In this document: positions 9,477 through 18,605 of the stretch, one piece after another
Numbering within the stretch: position 1 is the stretch's first letter
Layout of the letters: each line of letters begins with the position of its first letter
Notes under the pieces: generated by a model
The model's input: the letters and a program-made list of their open reading frames with translations, nothing else
What the model was told of the DNA's origin: nothing
Databases searched by the model: none
IMG/VR virus record: IMGVR_UViG_3300012204_000008
Location: 1 to 64,000 of that record
Strand: one strand, 5' to 3'
Source: a virus
DNA length: 64,000 nt
Position numbers and translations under genes: made by a program

Positions 9477-9840
9477 GAGAAAAATAATGCCGAGAATTGG
9501 AGGAGTAGTTGGAAGGAAAGCGGTTCAGCCATTTGTTTTAGAGGAACTTCTAAAACATCCAGGTGAAGTAATTTACATAGACGATCTAGCCAAGAATTTA
9601 GGGCTATTGACTCAGTCGGTCCAAAACGTAACGTCTCAGATTTTACAGAAGAGGGATGACATCGAGATAGAAATTCGCGGTCGTGCTTGGCGTTACAATC
9701 CCAACAAGAAGAAGGAAGACGAAACTAAGAAAAAGGAAACTGGTAAGCGCCTCTTTGAAGAAATAGGTTTAACGAAGTCCGGTCACATAGTAATCCAGGA
9801 TGACCACGGCGCCATCTACCTAGCCAATGAGCTACAGTGA
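9463..9840 (+). CDS. Winged-HTH DNA-binding protein
   Basis: IDDLAKNLGL..SVQN helix pair; similar to 39331-39702. Confidence 0.55.
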   Translation: MKRNRRKIMPRIGGVVGRKAVQPFVLEELLKHPGEVIYIDDLAKNLGLLTQSVQNVTSQILQKRDDIEIEIRGRAWRYNPNKKKEDETKKKETGKRLFEEIGLTKSGHIVIQDDHGAIYLANELQ

Positions 9841-10154
9841 AAGAAGAAGCAAGGTATTCCAATTTCATGGACGGTAACAAAATTCCAGTACATGACCCTA
9901 TTAAAAGACGAGATCATATGGAGCCAGCCTACTGGGAATCCTATCCTGGAGTTACTGGAGAGTTGGACAGAACAATTTTGAGATCAACCGGCCAATCAGG
10001 GCCAAAAGAAATCGTTACGGTTTCGTTAGACGGAATCTGGCTGGACGAAAAGAGATTGAATCCGGGTACTGCTAGGTGGATAGCAGTGAGACTAATAGAG
10101 GCTGCTGCTATATATGAGATGAAATGCCACGAAGTAGGAGGAAGGGAAGACTAA
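9837..10154 (+). CDS. Hypothetical protein
   Basis: GTGA overlap with the upstream stop. Confidence 0.55.
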   Translation: MKEEARYSNFMDGNKIPVHDPIKRRDHMEPAYWESYPGVTGELDRTILRSTGQSGPKEIVTVSLDGIWLDEKRLNPGTARWIAVRLIEAAAIYEMKCHEVGGRED

Positions 10155-10347
10155 TGGAGTTTCAATGGTCTGAACCAAATGACAGGAACTGTAATTTCTG
10201 CGATAAGAATTTATATGAGGCTGAGATTCCTAATCTCACGATACTTCAATGGATTCCGACGGACGGGCACACGGAGGGTTATAATCTCTTTAGCGGTGTA
10301 TTCTGCGACGGAGGATGTCTTTATAGCTTTCTAGGAGCTAGAGTCTC

Positions 10348-10785
10348 ATGACAACAATTGGTTTCTCTGGCTCTCGTTTTCCAGAAGACTGCCATAAACT
10401 TCTGATCTCAGAAGTTTTGAACGAACTAGACGCAGATCATTACGTAACTGGCGCTTGCATAGGAGTTGACCATTTCGTTGGTCGCTATCTAGCGTTGAAG
10501 CAACCAACAAAAAAGCATACTGTTATTGTTCCAGCCAACCGATTAAGGATTGCTATCTGGTGGATAATGGAATTCCCATTTATCAACGTAATTGAGATGC
10601 CGTCCGGTACTACTTATCGGGATAGAGACTACGCTATAGTTGAGTTCCCAATAGATCAACTGATAACTTTCCCGCAATATCCTGAAAAGGACCCTCGCTC
10701 CTTCCATTCTGGTACGTGGCTGACCACTAGAATTGCCCGTAGAGCTAATGTGCCCATTAGAACATTCGTATTGAATGCTAGCTAA
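10348..10785 (+). CDS. SLOG-superfamily (DprA/YspA-like) protein
   Basis: IGFSGSR, VTGACIGVD, YRDRD..IV and SGTWLT motifs. Confidence 0.7.
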   Translation: MTTIGFSGSRFPEDCHKLLISEVLNELDADHYVTGACIGVDHFVGRYLALKQPTKKHTVIVPANRLRIAIWWIMEFPFINVIEMPSGTTYRDRDYAIVEFPIDQLITFPQYPEKDPRSFHSGTWLTTRIARRANVPIRTFVLNAS

Positions 10786-11167
10786 GGAGCTAAACAGATA
10801 CGCTGACGTAGGTTGTTGTATCAATGTTAGTATCTGTCACACTAGATGTCTGGTTCTAAGAGAAAGACATGAGCTAATGAGAAAAAGGAAAACAAAAGAA
10901 GAAGAGGAAAGGGAGAGGATTGAATCTAATAAGGGCTCTTGCCAAGGGCGTTCAATCCTTGAAATAATGGAAGACGAGCTTGACTTAGTCGTCATGAAAC
11001 TTATGACGAAAAAGGAAAATGAGGATGGCGGAGACAAATATAGGGCAGAAGGGTTAGGATTGGCAATTGCAATCATCAGGAATCCTTACATTCCTGATCT
11101 AGAAGACGTAAGAGAACGAGCAATGTTTCGATATCGATGGGAAATGGAGCATAGTAATGACATTTAA
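10775..11167 (+). CDS. Hypothetical protein
   Basis: The true start is probably the internal MRKRK. Confidence 0.5.
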   Translation: MLAKELNRYADVGCCINVSICHTRCLVLRERHELMRKRKTKEEEERERIESNKGSCQGRSILEIMEDELDLVVMKLMTKKENEDGGDKYRAEGLGLAIAIIRNPYIPDLEDVRERAMFRYRWEMEHSNDI

Positions 11168-11492
11168 AGAGGAGTATAGGAAAGAGAAAGAACGACGAGA
11201 GCGAATAAAGAACGGAGAGATTGAAGTAGAGAGAAAGTGTAATCACTGTGAAACGGTCTGGTTTCTTTCTATAGAAGAGGCTCATGAGAAAGAGAAACCT
11301 AGTTACTGGGAAAAGACCGCACGAGGCGGTATATATGGTGGTCTTGTTTCTAACACTCGTAGTAAGCAAGCTGCGCTCAACGAGTTTAGAGATAGGCAAC
11401 TAAGAGTTCGTGAGCGTAGGCATTGCCCGCATTGCAGATCGCAAAACTTCACGGAGCGTGAAATCTGTACGACCTGTGAGGAAGCCTCCTGA
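11157..11492 (+). CDS. Zn-ribbon protein
   Basis: CNHC...CPHC motifs. Confidence 0.6.
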   Translation: MTFKEEYRKEKERRERIKNGEIEVERKCNHCETVWFLSIEEAHEKEKPSYWEKTARGGIYGGLVSNTRSKQAALNEFRDRQLRVRERRHCPHCRSQNFTEREICTTCEEAS

Positions 11493-11533
11493 GCCTCCAA
11501 TACAGCTGAAAACTATCAATCCTATTACTCAAT

Positions 11534-11791
11534 TTGTATAATATTGGTAGTGCAAGTAACAAAAAGGAGGAAATAATGGCGTTTGTAGAGTTAGACATAG
11601 TTCTTTTCGAAGGTGAAACTGCTGAAGAAGTAGCCCAGATTGTAGCTGGGAGAGCTAACGTAACTTGGGATATCTATCAAGTAGAATCATGGCCTACAGT
11701 AGTGTACTACGGCGCTGAGGCAGAGATTGGTCGTGTTGCCAGACGTTACAGTAAACTCGGATATAATCCCAAAAGACAAAAGAGAACGTAG
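11534..11791 (+). CDS. Hypothetical protein
   Basis: TATAAT at 11537 and AGGAGG RBS before MAFVEL (11576). Confidence 0.6.
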   Translation: MYNIGSASNKKEEIMAFVELDIVLFEGETAEEVAQIVAGRANVTWDIYQVESWPTVVYYGAEAEIGRVARRYSKLGYNPKRQKRT

Positions 11792-12086
11792 AGAGGAAAC
11801 GAAGCAAATGATAATTCAGTTTGAAGAGCCGCCATACTACGGCAGAAGGATCTATCCCTATCAAGAGTTAGCTGAGGCATGTAAATTAAGACCTATGGAG
11901 TGGGCTTATTTTGCCCTGAACGCAGCGCATTCTGGTAGAGCGGCAAATGTCATCCAACAACTAAAGAAGGGCAAACCTAATTTCTTTTTCCCTCTCTCTG
12001 ACTGGGAGTTTACCTCTCGTAATGTAGATGGGGAGCAAAGAGTGTATGCGAGATTTATAGGAAAGAGTGAGGAGAATAGTGACTAA
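11727..12086 (+). CDS. Hypothetical protein (YARF motif)
   Basis: IQFEEPP...WEFTSR...VYARFIG family seen in actinophages. Confidence 0.55.
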   Translation: MVVLPDVTVNSDIIPKDKRERREETKQMIIQFEEPPYYGRRIYPYQELAEACKLRPMEWAYFALNAAHSGRAANVIQQLKKGKPNFFFPLSDWEFTSRNVDGEQRVYARFIGKSEENSD

Positions 12087-12259
12087 GAGATGGAGGGTAA
12101 ATAATAAGGAAAATCCCGACCTATTTTCTCTTGTGGAGGCAGAGGATCTCTCTGGGGCACAAGAAATTGCCAGTAGATACTGGGGACATGACGTCTATGT
12201 GAATGGTCTTGCCTCCAAAGACGAGATAGACTGGTACGATATAGTAGTGGGAGCGGGCG

Positions 12260-12910
12260 ATGGCCGTTCAAATTAACTCCAAATGGGAAGGGTGGAGAGC
12301 AGAGAGGGTTGAATGTGAGGAAGAGGAATTCATTATAGCTTGTCAAGTGAGGGAGCTTCGTGAATCAGGTAACTCTTGGCTAAAGATCGGAGCCGCCCTT
12401 GCCCTTCAAACAAATGGGAAACCAAAGTCGGGTGCGGCCAGGGCTAGGAAGATCTACGCTATAGGATTCGGTTCTGTCCCTAGGACAAGAGGGGAGAACA
12501 GCGAAGAGGAGAAGGAAGAAAAAGAGGGGCAAGAGGAGGCAAGGCCAAAAGCTAAGAAATCTAAATCAACTATTCTTAATGGAGTTAGAAGGCGTGACAG
12601 TGTAAAGTCATTCGGGGAAGATCTTTTCCAGGATCTCCCAGATGAGAAAATAATAGCAGAAATAAATGACAAAAAGCTAGAGTGGACACAAATTATCCAC
12701 AATGATAGTGGGGAGATACTGGTGGAGCGCCAGGAGTCTGCCTGGGTAAATCCCCGTTCTCAGATTTTTATCTCTGGCATGAAGCATGACCCTCTAATCA
12801 GAGTACTAAATTTTAGGGAGTCAGACAGAGACGCACCGCTTAAATTCAGGCATCTTCTTGGCCCGTTCCGTGCAGTTAGGCTAGACAGAATAACAAGAGT
12901 CTCTAAATAA
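12260..12910 (+). CDS. Hypothetical protein with N-terminal HTH-like region
   Basis: LRESGNSWLKIGAAL helix-turn-helix pattern. Confidence 0.6.
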   Translation: MAVQINSKWEGWRAERVECEEEEFIIACQVRELRESGNSWLKIGAALALQTNGKPKSGAARARKIYAIGFGSVPRTRGENSEEEKEEKEGQEEARPKAKKSKSTILNGVRRRDSVKSFGEDLFQDLPDEKIIAEINDKKLEWTQIIHNDSGEILVERQESAWVNPRSQIFISGMKHDPLIRVLNFRESDRDAPLKFRHLLGPFRAVRLDRITRVSK

Positions 12911-12931
12911 AAAGGAAAGAGGAGGAGAGAA

Positions 12932-13189
12932 ATGACTCATGAATGTATACCAGATCTTAGCGCACTTGAAATTTCACAACTTGATCAACATTGGGCACTG
13001 GCGTCATTTGCGCTTGATAACCTTGTCACCGCGCTGATCGAGCATCGCAAGATTTGTCGTGTCAACGCAGTGCCGTGGTGTTTAGGCGCAGTTGTTGGAG
13101 AAACGATCAATAATTCTGAATGGAATCAGTTAGCAGTCCTGTTGGACACCGCGATAGATCGTTTGGCAAGTAAGGAAATGAATAAATAA
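12932..13189 (+). CDS. Hypothetical protein
   Basis: GGAGGAG RBS. Confidence 0.55.
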   Translation: MTHECIPDLSALEISQLDQHWALASFALDNLVTALIEHRKICRVNAVPWCLGAVVGETINNSEWNQLAVLLDTAIDRLASKEMNK

Positions 13190-13205
13190 TAATAGAAGGA
13201 ACCCC

Positions 13206-15176
13206 ATGCAGGCGATAGCGACATTTCAGGCTGGAAGAATTCTTGTCAGGACGGAAACAGATGGAACCTATGACTTTGAGTTAGCGGTAGAAGCTTGTAG
13301 AAATGTTGGGGCAGGAAGATTCTTAAGAGAGGACAAGGTTTGGTCCTTTCCCTTCTCCCTTGAGAAGTGTAAGGATCTTCGTAGGGAGTTCGGGTCTGAT
13401 CTATCAATCTTACCGCCGTTGGCCGCTGCGTATACCGCAGAAGCGGCCCTAGCTAACGCCCAGGCCGCTACTTCTACTGCGTCTGATGCCCAGCTAGCGC
13501 CGGTATTAGTGGCAAGTGCCCCGGCGTTAGCCGCCACCCTGCGGCCCGATCAGCGGGTAGGTGTCCAGTGGCTCACACAACTATTTCATAACGCTGGTCT
13601 AGTCGCTGACCAGCCCGGGCTCGGGAAAACTTTGATCGTTATTGCTGGTGTCATACAGCAAGATCTCAAGGGCCCTATCCTTGTTACTTGTCCACGGCTA
13701 GCCGTTAAGAGTGTCTGGTTTAACCTTCTAAGGAAGTGGGCGTCAGAGGAAACAGTCTATATGTGTCGGGGAACAAGAGCACAGCGCCAGAAAGCAATCA
13801 ACAGTTTTAAGGAAGACACTTCTTCTCGTAAATGGCTTATTACCGTAGCCGAAACACTAAGAATCAAAGAGGACTTTCCGTGCCTAGAAATTTCAACTGG
13901 TAAGAAAGTATCACCCATCAAGTGTAATGATACCAAGACCCATTTAAAGTATCATCTAAAAGAGGAAGATTCCAAAAAAGAGTTCGCTGGTTATGAATTT
14001 CCCGCGCTCTTTTCTGATCCTTGGGCGTTAGTTGTGGTAGATGAGAGCCACAGGATGTTCGGGTCTATGACCGTCACAAAAGGAAATCTTGCCGGTAAAG
14101 GGCTAAAGAAATTGGGAAAACTAGCCGACCGCCGTCTTGCCGTAACAGGTACGCCATTCGGCCGTGGCGGTAGGGTTCAAGGAATGTTCGGAACCCTACA
14201 TTGGCTATGGCCTGAGGAATACACAAGCTTCTGGCGTTGGGTGGATAAGTTTTTCTTTGTAGAAAATGAAGAGATCTTCCTAAGGGGCGGTAGAGGTAGA
14301 ACGAGGACGGTCAAGAAAGTTGGAAAACTGAAAGGCGGTAAGACCGAGGAGCAATTCTTACATCTCCTAGGGCCTCGTATTCTCCGCCGTACTAAGGCTG
14401 AGGTCATGCCTTGGCTCCCGCCTAAGCGATACGAAGAAGTTATATGCGAGATGGAAGGTGAGCAGCTTAGGCAGTACAGGTCTCTTTCCATGGACGCCGA
14501 GGTCAAGGTACCTGGTGGAATCATCACAGCGGATGGGATCTTGGCTGAAATTACAAGGGCTAAACAGATAGCGAATGGAGCCCTATATAAAGACGAAGAA
14601 GGCAAAGTTCATAGCGCCCATGATTCCTCTTGCAAGATAGAAACTCTTCTAGAGATCTTAGAGGCCCGTGGAATTCTAACCGGCGATAGTACAACTAAGA
14701 TAATCATCGCTAGTCAATATAATGAGTTTCTATTCGCAATAAGGCAAAGACTAGAGGAGCTGAAGGTTGGTTTTCTTCTTCTTACCGGCCAAAACAGCGA
14801 TAAGCAAAGAGATCAAATGATGGAGGAATTTCAGCAAGAAGGAGGAAATCTGATCTTTTTGATCAATAGCAAAGCAGGTGGCGTTAGTGTTACACTTGAT
14901 AAAGCCGACGAAGTGCATTGCCTTGATCGTTTGTGGGATCCTAGCGACCAAGATCAATTAGAGGATCGAGCCGATAGGGCAACGAGAGCATTGACAATTG
15001 AAGACGCTGGTAAGCGTAAAGCTGTTACGGTATACTACTATCTGTCAGAAGGAACGATTGATACTAACATCAAAGAAGATGTTGAGGCGAAACGATTCGA
15101 GCAGTATAGGGCAATTGACTCCGTAAGAGATGTAGAGTATATCAGAGAAATGATCAGATATCGCAAAGGAGAATGA
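13206..15176 (+). CDS. SNF2-family (SF2) DNA helicase
   Basis: ADQPGLGKT, VVVDESH, VTGTP, RRTKAEV..LPPK, AGGVSVTL and QLEDRADR motifs. Confidence 0.9.
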   Translation: MQAIATFQAGRILVRTETDGTYDFELAVEACRNVGAGRFLREDKVWSFPFSLEKCKDLRREFGSDLSILPPLAAAYTAEAALANAQAATSTASDAQLAPVLVASAPALAATLRPDQRVGVQWLTQLFHNAGLVADQPGLGKTLIVIAGVIQQDLKGPILVTCPRLAVKSVWFNLLRKWASEETVYMCRGTRAQRQKAINSFKEDTSSRKWLITVAETLRIKEDFPCLEISTGKKVSPIKCNDTKTHLKYHLKEEDSKKEFAGYEFPALFSDPWALVVVDESHRMFGSMTVTKGNLAGKGLKKLGKLADRRLAVTGTPFGRGGRVQGMFGTLHWLWPEEYTSFWRWVDKFFFVENEEIFLRGGRGRTRTVKKVGKLKGGKTEEQFLHLLGPRILRRTKAEVMPWLPPKRYEEVICEMEGEQLRQYRSLSMDAEVKVPGGIITADGILAEITRAKQIANGALYKDEEGKVHSAHDSSCKIETLLEILEARGILTGDSTTKIIIASQYNEFLFAIRQRLEELKVGFLLLTGQNSDKQRDQMMEEFQQEGGNLIFLINSKAGGVSVTLDKADEVHCLDRLWDPSDQDQLEDRADRATRALTIEDAGKRKAVTVYYYLSEGTIDTNIKEDVEAKRFEQYRAIDSVRDVEYIREMIRYRKGE

Positions 15177-15179
15177 AGA

Positions 15180-15749
15180 ATGTCATTAACTTATGAGCAA
15201 TGTGTAAGGTTAGGACTGGAGGTCAAAGAAAAACAAGAGAATCTGAATTGGGAATATGGAGATTTAGCTTTACAAGTCCCCAAGAAATATGGGGAGAATA
15301 CCCTACAACATTTTGCTGATGATGTTGGTATCGTTTTTGAAACAATGAAATCGTACCGCTCTGTCTCTGCCGCTTTTCCAAAGCAAAACGGTATACGTAT
15401 ACCAGTTTGCTCTTGGGCTGTTCATCAAATTCTAATGGCACAATCGGATAGATTAGAATTAGTAAAAAAGAGAATGACAGTAGAGGAAGCTAGGAAATTA
15501 GTAGAAAAAAGAAAGAAAGCTACAGAGTCTGTTCGTTTGATATACGAGACTCTAGACAGTTTAGCGCAGTCTGCTATTGCAAGGGCAGAAGAGTTTTCTA
15601 ATCATCTTGAAGACTTAAGGTCTAAGGAGCTAGAACTAACTAAAGATCAAATTGAAACGTTGACTTATCAACGTCAAAAGGTTGTCAATCTTTGGACAGA
15701 AATAGAAATAACTGTTCAAGAGCGATCTCATCTAAAGATTGTGGGATAA
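15180..15749 (+). CDS. Putative DNA-binding protein
   Basis: WEYGDLA..YGE..L..FADDVGI...YRSV..AF HTH-like family, then coiled coil. Confidence 0.55.
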   Translation: MSLTYEQCVRLGLEVKEKQENLNWEYGDLALQVPKKYGENTLQHFADDVGIVFETMKSYRSVSAAFPKQNGIRIPVCSWAVHQILMAQSDRLELVKKRMTVEEARKLVEKRKKATESVRLIYETLDSLAQSAIARAEEFSNHLEDLRSKELELTKDQIETLTYQRQKVVNLWTEIEITVQERSHLKIVG

Positions 15750-15751
15750 CA

Positions 15752-16336
15752 GTGAAGGATTATTTGAAACTTGGCAAAGAAAAACCTTGTTGTTCCGGTA
15801 AGAGAAGGCAAATTATAGAAGCAATTCGTTTTTGCCTACCAGCTCCAGACAAACAAGAAATTATTTACAAGCTCTCGGTGAGCTATGGATTTGAAATTTC
15901 AGATACTAAACAGCTAGGGAGATATCTAGGTCATATTCGAAATCCTGAAAACTCAAAAGAGCATGAGTGGTTTATACCTTTAGTTGAAAGGAAAAAGGGT
16001 CTCGGTCATAATAGATATTTTGCAATCCCAACGGATGTAGGAGACATAGTAAAGCTGACTGAAGCTCAACTTGAGGAAATTGAACTTGGAGCAAAATCTA
16101 CATTGAAACATTTTCGCACAGAGGCGAGAAATCATGCCAATATAGAAAGTCTCCTAGCGGAATATAGAATTAAAGATCCATTTCGTAAAACAATTCACGA
16201 GAAATATGCTTATGAGTTCAAGCAATTAGTTGAGGGGTTAGATAAAACTAATGAATATCTATCAAGTGTTGAGGCTTTTCAAGAAGAAAAAAGACAGTTC
16301 AAACTTTTGATGGAAAGTAAAAAAGAGTCTGCATAA
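15752..16336 (+). CDS. Hypothetical protein
   Basis: Long protein-like ORF; GTG start just after the upstream stop. Confidence 0.55.
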   Translation: MKDYLKLGKEKPCCSGKRRQIIEAIRFCLPAPDKQEIIYKLSVSYGFEISDTKQLGRYLGHIRNPENSKEHEWFIPLVERKKGLGHNRYFAIPTDVGDIVKLTEAQLEEIELGAKSTLKHFRTEARNHANIESLLAEYRIKDPFRKTIHEKYAYEFKQLVEGLDKTNEYLSSVEAFQEEKRQFKLLMESKKESA

Positions 16337-16445
16337 AAATAGAAAAGGAGAGGGAAACTAATGTTGTTTTGGATAGGCGATTGGCTTGTTAATCGCAAGA
16401 ACCAATTCTCATATAGGTTAGGTTCTTTTCTTTTGAAAAGATACT

Positions 16446-16784
16446 ATGCGAGAGAGGACAAAAAGGAAAATGAGTGAAGAGCCTATGTCTGATAATCCAT
16501 CAGAAGCATTTGACATAGGGACTCTTGGACCTCATTTTGCTCCTTCGCCAGTAGACTTCGGTGTACTGATAGTACAAAACCAAGATAGAACTAATTATGT
16601 TCTACTGATTATTTCTAGTGTAAACGGAAAATTCGCGTTTATGTTACAATCAGACCTAGCCAGTAGAGCAGGAGATATACTGAAAGGTGCCGCAGTAGAA
16701 GCAGATAGAAGGAATCCACCCAAAATAGTAGTTCCAGGTCTTGACTTGAGAAACTTTAACCCAAATTCTCTTAGAGAAAGATAG
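16446..16784 (+). CDS. Hypothetical protein
   Basis: C-terminal KIVVPG motif. Confidence 0.55.
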   Translation: MRERTKRKMSEEPMSDNPSEAFDIGTLGPHFAPSPVDFGVLIVQNQDRTNYVLLIISSVNGKFAFMLQSDLASRAGDILKGAAVEADRRNPPKIVVPGLDLRNFNPNSLRER

Positions 16785-16978
16785 AGACGGAGAAGGAAAA
16801 TGAACGAAGAAAAAGAGAAAGAGGATCCTGTTTGCCTACACGACCGAGCCAATATGGCGTACGGATGTCAAGAGTGTGGGGCAGTTTGGTCAGAAGTGCG
16901 AGACGACTGGGAAGTGTGGGGCGCTGACGAAGGATATGCGCCACCATACTGGGAACCGAGTTCCTAACTAACTAGCAT

Positions 16979-17077
16979 GGGTCGGTGGGGGTCAAATCCT
17001 GGGAGCATTGGGCCGGGACAAAGAGTGGCCATCAAGGTGTTATCCTTTCGCCCAGTCACATCTGCCTCCATCGATCC
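16979..17077 (+). ncRNA. Putative structured RNA 1 (long GU-containing hairpin)
   Basis: GGGTCGGTGGGGGT pairs with GCCTCCATCGATCC (14 bp including 4 G-U); inner TGGGC/GCCCA stem. Confidence 0.45.
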
Positions 17078-17087
17078 TTCCAAGCCA

Positions 17088-17221
17088 CTCGGGTCAAAGC
17101 TAGTCTTGCGGATAATATCTTCAAGAGGATGGCATGAACGAAAGGGAAATAGATGATCTCTATTTCCAGAGGCTAATTTGATCGTACGTCAGATGGCCCA
17201 ATTCATGCGCTTTGACCCGAG
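17088..17221 (+). ncRNA. Putative multibranched structured RNA 2
   Basis: Perfect 13-bp closing stem CTCGGGTCAAAGC/GCTTTGACCCGAG; GCATGAA/TTCATGC; GGAAATAGA/TCTATTTCC; two further hairpins. Confidence 0.55.
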
Positions 17222-17242
17222 CTTAAACTTAGGAGAAAAAAA

Positions 17243-17452
17243 ATGAAGGAAGATTTACCACCGTTTTCTAAATTTCCAAAATGTATCAAGTGCGGAAATG
17301 AGACAGCTTCTACAAAATACCTAGAGTCTGGAGTTTGTATCCATAATATCGGTAGTTCATACGTTCAAGGATTTGAGCATAACGAGAGGCTTCATAGGTC
17401 ATGTTTTAGATGCGAGTTTGAATGGGATGAGGCAGCGATTAGTGAAAAATAA
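17243..17452 (+). CDS. Zn-ribbon protein
   Basis: CIKCG...RLHRSCFRCEFEW; TAGGAG RBS. Confidence 0.6.
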   Translation: MKEDLPPFSKFPKCIKCGNETASTKYLESGVCIHNIGSSYVQGFEHNERLHRSCFRCEFEWDEAAISEK

Positions 17453-17705
17453 TAAAGAGGATCCGCTAATTGAAATCGTAGTAAAGGAATTACAAAAGAT
17501 CTCACCCTCCTCCTACGATCCTCAGGTTTGGCTGGCTGCGAATAGTATCGTGTCTGCGATACGTCCAGCTATTTACGCAGAAGTATGGAGGGCCAAACAT
17601 ACCCTTAATGGGAAATGTAGATATTGTCTTACTGGTCTAACGAGTCCAGGACCAGAGCACGAGATGAGATGCAAGTTCTACATTGGTGAACTAAGACATC
17701 AATAG
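17373..17705 (+). CDS. Hypothetical protein
   Basis: Protein-like ORF with CRYC; the start is probably the downstream GTG. Confidence 0.45.
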   Translation: MSITRGFIGHVLDASLNGMRQRLVKNNKEDPLIEIVVKELQKISPSSYDPQVWLAANSIVSAIRPAIYAEVWRAKHTLNGKCRYCLTGLTSPGPEHEMRCKFYIGELRHQ

Positions 17706-17902
17706 CTTAGAATCTCATGGAACGAAACATTCGGAAGCATTGACCACTATTGCTCATGCGGTGGTTGGTTTAGGTAAGGTGGCTTAGCTGGACACGGGGA
17801 TCATACGGAAAACGCAGAACCAATTTGTCCGAATATCGATCAAAAATTTCGCGGGAATAGCAAAGTAAGAGCAAGCTGGACGAGAGAAAAACACACAAAG
17901 CA

Positions 17903-17930
17903 TTGCAACCAAAACAAGATCGTGTATAAT
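17903..17930 (+). promoter_or_regulatory. Sigma70/SigA-type promoter TTGCAA-N16-TATAAT
   Basis: Near-consensus hexamers upstream of the AGGAGG RBS. Confidence 0.65.
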
Positions 17931-17970
17931 AGTGTCTAGCAGGCAACCACAACCCATAGGAGGAATATTA

Positions 17971-18537
17971 ATGTCTGTTGATGTTGAGACCGGAACCGAA
18001 GTTAAAGAGACTACGGTGACCCATGAGGATCTGACCGGTAAGCTGGGTCCGCTGCATAGCGCCCACGCGGCCTACATTCTTGAGAATCTTGGCGTGGAGA
18101 TCAGCCCACTTCAGATCTTCGCCGTTTACAAGACCCGTGTGCCTTTCAGGCAGACCTCTGAGTACCGGCTTGGTGTGCGCGGTGCCAAGGAGGCTGAGAA
18201 GGCTGAGCGGGAGGCCGAGAAGGCGGCCGAGCGTGAGCGTAAGGCCGCCGAGCGGGAGGCTAATGCCGCTGCGCGTGCGGTAGAGGCTGAGGCTAAGAAG
18301 GCCACCAAGGAGGCCGAGGCGGCTGAGCGGGCGGCTAAGAAGGCTGAGCGCGAGTCTAAGCGAGTTGCTGAGGAAGAGGCTCGAGCGGCCCAGAAGGCCC
18401 AGAAGGCCCAGAAGGCCCAGAAGGCTCAGAAGGAGACGGCGCAGGAGGCGCTGGCTGAGGCCAACGCCGCGGCTGAATCTGCTGAGGGCACGAGTAACAA
18501 GCGCAAGAGTAAGGCTGCGGAGCAGGCGCCCTTTTAA
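17971..18537 (+). CDS. Ala/Glu/Lys-rich coiled-coil protein, probably highly expressed
   Basis: AGGAGG RBS, GC3-rich codons, (AQK)4 repeat, and its own promoter and terminator. Confidence 0.75.
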   Translation: MSVDVETGTEVKETTVTHEDLTGKLGPLHSAHAAYILENLGVEISPLQIFAVYKTRVPFRQTSEYRLGVRGAKEAEKAEREAEKAAERERKAAEREANAAARAVEAEAKKATKEAEAAERAAKKAERESKRVAEEEARAAQKAQKAQKAQKAQKETAQEALAEANAAAESAEGTSNKRKSKAAEQAPF

Positions 18538-18557
18538 GCCTCTCTAAGGTCGTTAGC

Positions 18558-18605
18558 ACCCCCTCACCTAGCTGCGTAGGCGCCGGGTGAGGGGGTTTCC
18601 ATTTG
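18558..18605 (+). terminator. Intrinsic terminator
   Basis: ACCCCCTCACCT/GGGTGAGGGGGT stem followed by TTCCATTT. Confidence 0.65.

Noticed and set aside
6695-17221. Assigning the structured segments to hammerhead, twister, pistol, HDV or c-di-GMP classes
   Set aside because: The conserved cores (for example CUGANGA/GAAA) were not found in the required arrangement on either strand.
1317-17939. Genome-wide stop-codon reassignment
   Set aside because: Long genes are intact in the standard code, all three stop codons terminate genes, and no suppressor tRNA was seen.
18384-18432. GCCCAGAAG tandem repeat as a regulatory element
   Set aside because: It encodes (AQK)n in frame within a low-complexity protein.
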